Positions 11,701-22,919 of a DNA stretch of 64,000 nucleotides are shown one piece after another. The notes under the pieces were generated by a model, which worked only from the letters and a program-made list of their open reading frames with translations, searched no databases and was not told the DNA's origin. Position 1 is the stretch's first letter; every line of letters begins with the position of its first letter. The stretch lies in the NCBI RefSeq assembly GCF_009914755.1, contig NC_060927.1; one strand, given 5' to 3'. A program made the position numbers and the translations under genes. This DNA is from the human T2T-CHM13v2.0 reference genome, Homo sapiens.

Positions 11701-14340
11701 GTTAAAGATAAAATGCTGGTGTGCTCCATTAATCCCTGCAGGCCCAACAAAGGTAGCTTAGGAATTCCATATAAATGGAATGGATAATGACTTGCTAGAA
11801 ATGCACAGGAACACAGAACTGAATAAAAACCTTCCACTAGGAACTACAAAAAATAATTATGGTTTTATACATATGCATACACAAGCAAAGCCAGAGGAGA
11901 ATAAATAGCAAGTGAATGAAAACTAGAAGCAAAATAAATAAGCGGAAAACCAACCCTAAATTTTCCTACTCAATTTACCCTGGAGGCTACAGTGTTACCT
12001 AGGGCCCCGGAAAACCTAGATAATGAATATTTTATTCCTAATACACAATTCAATATCCATAAGTTCAGTACTATTATCATACCTCCTGTGCAAGTAAGAA
12101 ATTCACTTTAGGCACATAACCAATAAGTAATCCAGCACTATCCATGCAAAACGGTAAACATAGTGTGAAGCAATGCAAGCGTGTATGTAAAATTTGACTC
12201 CACACTAAATCTAGATTCATGCTTAACTATATTTAAAAAAATTGTCAAACTTCTGATGCATTTTCACAATACTTCTTACTTTAATCAAGACTAAGAGCTT
12301 TACTGTGGAAATATTAGTCAAATGTTTCCAGTTATTTATCGGGTTTTAAAGAATATTTTATTATCTAAATTTTTCCACATCTTTCTCCCCTACTTGATGG
12401 TTCCTTACCACATTGTTTCATAAATAACTTTTCAAATATGTAATTTGAGCCAACTTTTAGATGACTTCTGAATTAGACAAAATTATTCTTTTTCCACTCA
12501 TAACACAACCCTTTCTGGCACATTTTGTATACAGAATTATGTGTTAACTAGAATTTTATCCTTAGTAACATAAAGCTTTAGTGAATCCCTAAAAAGCAAG
12601 AAATCCTGAACTATTAGATATGGGCATTTATACATAAGAAAAATTCTACAATTTTAGAAACATATTTCTTCATATTGCAATCCTTTCTTAATTGGAAATG
12701 ATTCAGATATTAAATGAGCATCAAAAATAACTTTACAGTTTTAATTTACACAAAAAGTTTACCTAAAACAACTATCCTATCACTGTCCTTAATTTTTTAC
12801 TTTTAACAAGGGAGACACGATACATCAACATACTTAAAATGAACATTGGTTTGGTCCAGAAAGGCAGGACAATTTGAGGCAAGGAGGCTTGGGGGCTATC
12901 AGATCACAGGAAGGAAACAAACGGTTGTTTTCTTTTGAGTTTCTGATTAACCTTTCCAAAGGAAGCAATCAGATATGCATGTATCTCAGTGAGACTTTGA
13001 ATAGAATGGGAGGCAGGCTCACCCCAGGCAGCTCCCAGCTTGAATTAACACTGACATTTTAAAATATCTAGCAAAGACAAACATAAAATTCAGACAAAAC
13101 ATATGCTGACAATTCTAAAGGCATTTCTATTTTTCTTCCATCAATAATTTTAAAGCTAGCTTGTTTAGTAAAGTGATACTTTAAGTCACGTGAACTTGAA
13201 AATTGCTTAGACTCATTTACTAATTTATGAGTGCTCTTTTACTTATAAGCCAACTTGGTAGACACAACATGTAACAGTAAGTGTATATACAAATAAACAC
13301 ATCTAGACATGTATACACACACATAAACAAAGATCTAATAGCTTGAAACCTTAGCCATGAGACAGCAATAGAAGCTTCCCAGTTTTACTTTGCCCCAATA
13401 GATAATCCAATGAAGGCTGCGAACCAAAATTTTGGGTAAAGCAGTCTCCATGGCAGTTTCATTTTTAAAGGCCAAACCTCCCCAGACTCAAAAGAGCACT
13501 GGGACCAAACCATACCAAAGGAGGGCATCACACGTTAACCAGGCCCCCTGCTTAGAACCACAGTACAAAAGCCCGGATATATGGAATACCATTCCACTTT
13601 CCCATTAGACAGTAAACTCCAGATTCCAAACAATGCTAGGGCCAAGCAGCATTGCAACTGTGAGAGAAAATTCTAAGGAGGGCTTAATACTAGACCTCAG
13701 AACCTGTGCCAAGAGTGTCCTCTTTGGAGTGGTTGGGTTCGCAGGACCCACGGAGCATCCTCCTGTGGGGTCCAGTCTTAGAGTGCCAGATGTCTCTGAC
13801 CTTAGGTGGACACCACATGCAGATTTTCCCCTCCAGAACATACTGTGAGCTTTATAAGCATAGCCATGAACTGTAATGAGAATTGGATGCTGGGTGGGCC
13901 TTTTTGTTCCTTAGCCAGTTGAGTACAATGAGGGAAGAATTTTGCATAAGAAAAGAAAGTTTAAGTCCCCTGAAACACGTGTGAGTTTGCTTGGATCAGG
14001 GACCATGCATGGAAAACATAAAAAGAAGTCCTTCCCTCTTCGGGGCAGGGCAATTATAAACAGCTACTGAAAGACTGAGAAAGAAAGAAAAACAAACAAA
14101 CAAACGAAAAAGACCCAGGTTCCTTAAGTGAACTGGGCCATGGTGGTCAGGCTTCTCCACATGAAAACCCCTTAGTTTCACTGGCCACAGCCAGAAAACT
14201 GCAGTTGCTTCCATGTTTAGCCACTGCCCACCACGGGTCCCAGGTTGGAAAGGAAAAGAGAGAGAAAGAGGTTCCCCTATATGGAGCAGAAAAGAAAAGG
14301 AGAAAGAAGAAGAAAGCCCAAATTTTGGGCTTATCTCTTC

Positions 14341-14358
14341 CTCCCGGCTGGCTCACCA
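14341..14358 (-). promoter_or_regulatory. Primer-binding site, tRNA-Arg(ACG) type
   Basis: Minus strand TGGTGAGCCAGCCGGGAG, 5 nt after the 5' LTR; 16/18 match to TGGCGAGCCAGCCAGGAG, the complement of the tRNA-Arg-ACG 3' end as recalled. Confidence 0.8.
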
Positions 14359-14363
14359 AAATA

Positions 14364-14721
14364 TGTTAAAGGTGGAGGGTGTCCAGGTTCTTGGTGTCTT
14401 GAACAAAGTATTAGACAAAACGCACAAACAAAGCAAGGAAAGGATGAAGGGATTTACTGAAAATGAAAGTACACTCCACAGTGTGGGAGTGGGCCCAAGC
14501 ATAGGAGCTCAAAGGCCCCATTATGGAATTTCTGGGAGTTTAAATATCCCCTAGAGGATTCCACTGGTTCCTTTAGGTATGCCCTATTTAAATGGAGAGG
14601 ATGAATTAAAGTTACAAAAGTCATTTATGGTGTATACCCTATGGAGAGGATATTTCCTGTTATAGCTGAAGTGTGAATAAACCTTATGTTCCCTGCCTCC
14701 AGACCCTATTTTCCTGCCTCA
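14364..14721 (-). mobile_element. 5' LTR of provirus (MER51B-like)
   Basis: About 90% identical to 7877-8233 by hand alignment; adjacent PBS. Confidence 0.85.
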
Positions 14722-15721
14722 ATTTTTCTAAAAGAAATATATAAATATACAATAAATACTATATTGGCATACCACTTATAGGACATGCATATAAAATATA
14801 GTGTAAGATCATTCACCAGACACCTGGGTGGACAAACAGCTCAGTAAATAGACAGCTAGACAATAAGTTAGAGAACCGAGAAGGAAATATAGCAAAACAA
14901 TAACAGTGATATTTTCTAGGATGTATGCAAGAATTATATGTGACATTAATTTTTAATTTTTTTAAATCTGTGTTTTCTAAAATGAACTTGTTTTACTTGT
15001 ATTAAAATAGTTACCAAAAATTTTTATCTCTAATAAATTATGTCTATTAAATATCATTAGTCCTAGAAAATTTGCCATGTAAAACCACAACTTGGGGTAG
15101 CCGTCCTTCTTGCATGAGTCTCCCTAGTAGCTGGGGCTACTCTAGACTCCTAAAGCCTGTGTTAACACACAGCTTTTATGTCCTTAGTTTCTTCTATGTC
15201 ACTGCTTCCAGATCTTGGAGGCTTAGTAAAACTTGTAACTTCCTTACTGTTATATTCATTTGTATATGCAAGAATTTTTCTCTCCAAGCAGCCCCCAGGC
15301 CATTTTGTCAATCTGCTAATCTGTCCTCAGATTTCATGCTACTTGGCACAAAAGTACAACATCGGAACTTGTAAAATTAACAGTAGCCCAGCCTGGAGGG
15401 CCCATGTTGTAGGCAATAAATTTTCCTTCCTGGGTCTGTCTTTCAAAGCTTTCACTCCCTTAAAGTACACATATTTACATTTCCAAATGATACCATGTTA
15501 TAGAAAATACCGCATGATTGATTGACAATAGCCCTCATGAGGAAGTTGTTCAACTCATAACAGACTTGTAGCAGATATAAAAGATGAAAAGAAAGGCTTT
15601 CATTTTTGTTTTGTTTTTGAAAAATATATATGCTATTATGATATCATTGTGCTTTTTTCTTTGAACTATTAATAGGAGAATGATGGCATTCAATTTGGAA
15701 ACATCAAGTTATCCTGGCACT

Positions 15722-16444
15722 TGTGAACCCAAAGTGTCTGAGACAGGTCTCAATCAATTTAGAAAGTTTATTTTGCCAAGGTTAAGGACATGCCCGTGAC
15801 ATAGCCTCAGTAGGTTCTGATGACATGTGCCCAAGGTGGTCAGGGTACAACTTGCTTTTATACGTTTTAGGAATACATGAGAAGTCAGACACTATGTGTA
15901 GGAAGTACATTGGTTTGGTCCGGAAAGGTGGGACAACTCAAAGCAGAACTGGGTGGGGGGCTTCCATGTCATGGGTAGATAAGAGACTAACATGCATTCT
16001 TTGGGGTCTTTGATTAGCCTTTCACTGAATACACAATTTACATGTGACAGGAGAATACAGGAATAGTCACTTATGCTTTAGTCTGGCTAGGTGAATTTGC
16101 GTTTTTACATAAACACTAGAGCAGAAGAAGCAATCAGATATGCATTTGTCTCAGATGAGCAGAGAGATGACTTCCCCACACCTGTGAAGATAAGCTATCA
16201 GTTTACATTACCAGGGTAAAATTCAGCAGAACTGTCTCAGGGTAACGATCTTGAGGGCCCCCCCCCCAAGTAATTTCCTTGTGGACAAATTGTGAAGGAG
16301 GTATGCAGCTTTTTAAAAAAAATCTTTATAGCTATGTTATTTAGGAATAAAATGGGAGGCAAGTTTGCCTGATGCTGTTTCCAGCTTGACTTTTCCCTTT
16401 GGCTTAAGAGGTTTTAGGGTCCTGAGATTTCTTTTCCTTTTACT
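15722..16444 (-). mobile_element. MER4A-like ERV1 solo LTR
   Basis: tgtgaacccaaagtgtctgagacaggtctcaatcaatttagaaagtttattttgccaaggttaaggac ... gggtcctgagatttcttttcctttt; TSD cact/catt. Confidence 0.85.
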
Positions 16445-16639
16445 CATTCATGAAATAAAACCCAAATAATCATGATGTGGCACTAATCCCATTTGAATTA
16501 TTTTATTAGGATTTTTTGAGTCAATATTTATAAATGAGACTGGTCTCTTCTTTTCTTTTTCTGCTAGCCTATTAAAGATATATTTTTTCCTTTTTTACTA
16601 TTAAATCAGTGATTCTTAATTTCAAGAAAAGATTGATTC

Positions 16640-17685
16640 TTATTTAAGTCATAGAAGCAAGGTCTGAAACAGGGATTCTGTGCAACTGACTTATTGAGGG
16701 ATTTCTCCCCAGAGAAACCTGTAAGACAGGAATGGAAGCAGGATGATGTAACCAAACAGCTTAGCAGCTTAGCCTCAAACCATGTTTAAATTTCTTTTTT
16801 CTTTCCCCTTTTCTCCTCCCCCTACTTCCCAGTCTTAAGATAAAACCTTGAGACAAAGTGCATGTATTTTACCTTTCATCTTGAAATACAGCCTCAGAAT
16901 GAGCTGTGAACCTCCACTCCCTTTCTTTTCCCATTCTATTCTCATTTATTTACCTAGATGCTTGCTAAGCACACACCATACTCACTTATCTGGTCATATA
17001 ATACAAAAATATTTCCTTAGAAGTTTCAGGGGCTAAGTCCTGATACAGACCAACACCTCCAACCTTGATGACACCAGATGAAACAATAATTCAAGATGAG
17101 CCATCAGAGTGGGTCATGCCACCTGACATAGCCTAGCCCGGCTGCCTCTCCTGCATTCCAAACCCTCTCTTTAAAAACCTCCGCATTCCCTCCACAAATG
17201 GAACAGTGAAAATTTTTGGAAAGAATACACCCACTCCTCCCCTTGCTAACATGGGTAATAAAACTCGCTCTCTTTTTATCACACCTCACTCTTGCTATGT
17301 TGGCTTCTTTTTACAAATGGCAAGCAACCAGACCCTTTTGCCAGTTATAATAGGACGAGGGGAAGAAGTATGTCAAGCTCCAGTTCACGTTGCACTCTAG
17401 ACTACCCAGTCCCACAGGTAACACTAACACATAAATGATATCACAGAACGGTCCCATTTCAAGGCAAGGAAGATGGGTTTATGTACCCTCACTACAGTTA
17501 GTCATTTGATGTGGGCTGTCCCAGGAGATAGGGTACAAACTCTCAAGTATTTCTGGGTGAAGTAGCTCCCAGAGGCCATAAGCAGTTCTCTGAAAAGGGG
17601 GGAAGTGTAAGCCATTAGCTGCCAAGATTCACAGCAGCCCAGAGACAGGTACTCTGGACCAGTATAGGAGATCTAGGTGGGGCAT
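16640..17685. mobile_element. Old MLT1 (MaLR) LTR split by an ERV1-like LTR
   Basis: agaagcaaggtctgaaacagggattc...ggaagcagg is interrupted at 16747 and resumes at 17350 (ataggacgaggggaagaag) through gatctaggtggggca. Confidence 0.6.
16747..17349 (+). mobile_element. ERV1-like solo LTR, family not assigned
   Basis: tgtaacc...gttata inverted termini, TATA-like tttaaaaa, aataaa at about 17257, U5-like gcaagcaaccagaccc; interrupts MLT1. Confidence 0.65.
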
Positions 17686-18437
17686 TTCCTTATTTTTCTG
17701 TGCTCTGCAACAATTTAAATATAGTTAGAATAATCTGTCATTTACAAGACTCAAAGAATTTTCCCATAGAAAAGTATGAAATAGACATTTATTGATTGGA
17801 AAGATCTTTAATCATTTCCAGCTGTGTCTTTGATAATTGGTCTACTCAGATTTTTCATTTCCTCCTAAGTCAGCTTTGCTCATTTGTATTTTCTTTAGAC
17901 CACTATCTATTTCATCCAAGTTTTCTAAAATTGTGTTATAAAGTTACACATTGTCAATCACCAGAATTCTTTTGATTTGTTCCTTTAGCTGGGCCTATCC
18001 TCCAGTTGGGGCTGCCACTGTGTTGTCCCTCTCTTTTTGGCAATTTCTGCCTCCTGAATTACAGGGAGTGCCTGTTCCCTTTGAGAGGGACTTTTTGATT
18101 CTTGAAAAGATGACCACTTGATCCCACTTCTGGAATTCATTTCCAAGTCATATTCTTTTTTTCTTCACCAAAAATACCTACTATTTTAGGTATAAACATT
18201 TACATATTCCCTTTCAAGCACACTCACTGTGTTCAGCCTGGAATAAAGTGAGCAAAGAAGAAATACCCTCCCCCTTAATCTTGGCTAGCAGTGATGCTTG
18301 CATGTCAATGTGTGACAAAATGGAACAAATCCACTCTTTCAGTGTTCACTCTTTCCCAAGGCCTTAGTTAGGCTGGACCTGGGGTCAAATACTAGACCCC
18401 TTGCTATGTTTAGAGCCTCCTAAGGCTTTATTAATGG

Positions 18438-19015
18438 AGGTGATGGTCTCTCACTGTCAACTTATCTAAGCTGGAATGACATTTCCCATAATTCCCTTAT
18501 GTGGCTTAAGGTTAGGGTGCTCTACTGAGATTTACAAGAGATTTGGAAGGTGGAAGTGTATCCATGGCAATTTTGTTAAGCTCTGAAGGTGAGTGTGGGG
18601 CCAGGTGCTGATGCAGCTGATGCACATTGTCACTGACCTGTGGGTCCACCTCGCTGGCAAGGAGCGGCAGTGGGCTTACGGCTCTTTCAGCTCCTTCCAG
18701 ATCTTTCCTTCGGCTTCCCCTAATCCTAGAGCAGATACATTTTCAGCTCCGTTGAGAAGGGCATCAGCGTCTTCTGCAGGTTGCCCTTGTCTTTGCGATT
18801 ATATAAAGGGAGGGACAAACATGGATTCCAGCTCATCTTTGCAGGTTTTAGTTTGCCCTTGGTCTCTGCTATTTCATTTCCTCTTCCCTTACCAACTGCC
18901 ATTTTGCAGACACAAAGGGACCATCCTTGCATAGACTGCTTATTAAGTTTCCAAGATTATGTGGGGCCCAATCCCTTGGAATTCACAGTTTTTATGATTG
19001 ATCCCTGACTATTAC
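18438..19015 (+). mobile_element. Old ERVL-class LTR (LTR41/LTR52-like)
   Basis: tgtcaacttatctaagctggaatgacatttcccataattccc start; ccaagattatgtggggcccaatccc and ccctgact near the end. Confidence 0.5.
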
Positions 19016-19358
19016 AAATAATCAAGCTCATCAAGCATGTCTCCTTCTCATCATAAGGTGAATTTTTGTCTGGAAACTTCCTTACAGCCCCTGAAAATAC
19101 ACTTCTCCTGGGCCAACTCATAAATTTGTCAGATGCTGAAACCCATGGTGGGTCCAGTCTAGGCTGGAGTTGAGATTTCTTTGCCATGTGTATTGTTTCA
19201 ACTAAAACTCACAACCCTTTGATGCAGGTATTATTTTTCCAATATTATAGACATAAAAATCATAGCTCACAGGTTAAGTGGTTATCTTAAGCTGACACAG
19301 TTAATAGGACAAAAGACATTTGCATTCAGGTCTCTCTGAATATAGGCAAGCACTATAC

Positions 19359-19723
<365 letters not shown>

Positions 19724-21039
19724 TAATCAAAAGGAACAGTGCAAAAGTTCATAGGTCAGAGAGATTTCCCCCCATTAACTCACTTCTTTGAAGTTCCATA
19801 CTCCTACTCTGTCTTTCCCCTCAGCCCCCAACATCTCCCTTTCAGCGGTGTGGGCCTCCATTATATCTTAAACTGCAGGCAACCAGAGTTTCGGAAATCT
19901 GGCCTAACCATTTCAGACACTTCTTTGTCCATGATAATGCTAACTGGAGATGCTCTTGACCACCATTCAACTTCACACAGCCTCTGATTGGTTCCTTCGT
20001 CCTTATCCATGTTTTTTTTTAAGTTGCACCTTCCTAACCTGACCTTTCAAGCATCATACAGTTTTAGAACAGAATGTGACCTCAGAGATAATTTCAGATA
20101 CAACCTCTTTTTACTGGTAAGAAAACTGAACTCAGAGAGGGGAAGTGACCCTTTCAAGGTCATACCTTGTGATTGACAGTCAATATAAAGGGGAAACCCA
20201 CTGTGTGATTATTCTTAGCAGCTGAGGGAAGTGGCAAAGAGTATAGCTGTGGAAGTGACGTGAATTTAGTACATTAAAAGATAGATTACCCTACTAACTT
20301 CTGAGAAGAACATCAAATACCTTCAGGCCTGTTACACTGAGCAGAACATTTTGCCATTGTCATACTTTGTTTAATCCCTCTGCCTCTAATGCCCACAAGC
20401 AGTCAATTTTTTTTCCAATGTCACAGCCAGCTATGCTCTAACATTTCAGCAAATTTAAAAGTAATTACCTCAATAATGGATTAGTTGCTGAGTTTAATCA
20501 TTCTGAAAAAGTACTTGGCTTTTCCATTTATGGAATAATAAAATGTTGCATTCCTACATGGCCTATCATTTAGAAGTTGCTAAAAATGGCAGGTCTTTGT
20601 TGACATAGACTGACATTAACAGCAGAAAGCAAATAGATGGATGAAGCCAGGGTATCCACTATAGGGAAAGAAGGCTGGTGACCAACAAGGAGCAGATTCT
20701 ACGATTATCTAGGTAAGGGGTAACAGCAAACAAACAAAGCAAATCTGACATCCTGAGTTTCCTCAATAGACAGAATTGAATGACTAATATCTAATCAGTA
20801 GTTTCATAAATCATAGACTCACCCTCTTTACACCAACAAGATTTTATCTAAGTTCTCAATTTCTGCTAATCACAGTGAAATTCCTCACTAGCTCTGTTGA
20901 GTTCCACCTTGGGCAGAAATTAGGTTTTCCCTCTATCTCCATTCTGCACAGGATTCTCAAGCCCCCTACCCTATCTCTAGAAGGTGTGCAAGTATCTAGC
21001 ATAATTACATTTCTTATTATCTCTAGGTGATATGCTGGC

Positions 21040-22605
21040 AGTATATCCATTAACTATGTTCATACTAATGCTGTGAAACAAACTGACCCCAAAATTATAG
21101 GCTTAGAACAACAATAATGTGTTCTTATGAATCTGTGAACTGGCTGGCTCTCTCACTCATTCTGCAGCTCTCTGTGGGCTGGCTGATCCAGGCGAGGCTC
21201 AACACTCATCACTGCTCCACATGTTTCTCATCCTTCTCCTTAAGACTAGTAGCTTGGCATGTTCTTATGGTGATAGCAGAGGCAGAAAAGCTGTTGCAGG
21301 AAGTCAGGGACCCTGAACGGAGGGACTGGCTGAAGCCACGGCAGAAGAACATAAATTGTGAAGATTTAATGGACATTTATCAGTTCCCAAAATTAATACT
21401 TTTACAATTTTTTTATGCCTGTCTTTACTGCAGTCTCTGAACATAAATTGTGAAGATTTCATGGACATTTATCACTTCCCCAATCAATACTCTTATAATT
21501 TCTTATGCCTGTCTTTACTTTAATCTCTTAATCCCATCATCTTCGTAAGCTGAGGATGTATGCCACCTCAGGATCCTGTGATGATTGTGTTAACTGTACA
21601 AATTGTAAAAACGTGTGTTTGAACAATATGAAATCAGTGCACACTGAAAAAGAACAGAATAACGTGATTTTCAGGGAACAAGGAAAGATAATCATAAGGT
21701 CTGACTGTCTGCGGGGTTGAGCAGAATAGAGCCATATTTTTCTTCTTGCAGGGAGCCTATAGACAGATGTGTGAGCAGGAGAAATATTGCTGAATTCTTT
21801 TCCCAGCAAGGAATATTAATAATTGATAACCCTGGGGAAGGAATGCTTTCCCAGGGGTAGGTCTATAATTGGCCACTCTGGGAGTATCTGTCTTATGCGG
21901 TTGAGATAAGGGACGAAATATGCCCTGGTTTCCTGCAGTGCCCTCAGGCTTACTAGGATTGTGAAATTCCAGCCTGGTGAATTCTAGTCTGACTGGTTGT
22001 CTGCTCTCGAACCCTGTTTCCTGTTAAGATGTTTATCAAGACAATGCATGCCCAGTGGGACATGGACCCTCATCAGTAATTCTAATTTCACCCTTGCCTT
22101 GTGATTTGCTCTGCCCTCTGCCTTGTGATCTTTTATTGCCCTTTGAAGCATGTGATCCTTGTGACCTACTCCCTGTTCGTACATCCCCTCCCCTTCTAAA
22201 ATCCCTAATAAAAACTTGCTGGTTTTGCAGCTCAGGTGGGCATCATGGAACCTGCTGATATGTGATGTCAACCCCAGCGGCCCAGCTATAAAATTCTTCT
22301 CTTTGTACTCTTCCTCTTTATTTCTCAGACCGGCCGACACTTAGGGAAAATAGAAAAAACACCTACATTGAAATATTGGGGGCTGGTTCCCCCGATAAAA
22401 AGCAAAAGCAAATATTCTTGAGACCTAGTCCTGGTCTGGATATCATCATTTCTACCTTATTCTCTTGACCAAAGTTAGTTACATGGCCAAAACCAATGTC
22501 AAGAGGCAGAGAAGTACTCCTTGCCAACATTGGGTGGGCACTGTAAAGTCACATGGATAAAGAGAGGGGTAAATAACTGGGACCAATAACACAGTCTACC
22601 ACAAC
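21040..22605 (-). mobile_element. Old MLT1 LTR split by MER11
   Basis: MLT1-like sequence on both sides of MER11: gcatgttcttatggtgatagcagaggca | ttattctcttgaccaaagttagttacatggcc...acagtctaccaca. Confidence 0.6.
21292..22397 (+). mobile_element. MER11 (B/C-like) solo LTR of HERV-K11/HML-8
   Basis: Starts tgttgcaggaagtcagggaccc and ends ggggctggttcccccgata; 1106 bp; perfect 6-bp TSD AAAAGC (21286-21291, 22398-22403); internal 92-bp tandem repeat at 21347/21439. Confidence 0.92.
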
Positions 22606-22919
22606 AGGGTTATATGGGTTCTATGCCAGAATACTTTCTGCTCTGTTCCTAGTGCTTTGAGATGGAAATTCCTCATTCTAACCCCCACTCTAATGACTTT
22701 TTCTATTTCCTCACCAGTCTTTTGGAGTTTGTTTTTATAGTCAGAGGCTATATGAGCAGATTTGTTACATGAATATATTGCCTGATGCTAAGGTTTGAGC
22801 CTCAGTTGAACCTGTCACCCAAATAGTGAACATAGTACCCAATAGGCAGTATTTCAACCCTTTCCTCCCATCACTTTTGGATTCCCCAGTGTCTATTGTT
22901 TTCATATTTATATCCATGT

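Larger units (their letters stand above)
7877..14721 (-). mobile_element. ERV1 (MER4-group) provirus with two LTRs, MER51B/MER51-int-like, non-coding
   Basis: Direct repeats 7877-8233 and 14364-14721 with TG..CA ends; 4-bp TSD ATTT (7873-7876, 14722-14725); PBS next to the right LTR and PPT next to the left LTR; no long gag/pol/env ORF. Confidence 0.9.

Noticed and set aside
8234-14340. Coding-competent gag/pol/env in the provirus
   Set aside because: Longest ORFs are about 80-117 aa with no recognisable retroviral catalytic motifs
21347-21530. 92-bp tandem repeat as a novel array or CRISPR-like structure
   Set aside because: Internal feature of MER11 LTRs; two copies, no spacers. No CRISPR-like array was seen anywhere in the window
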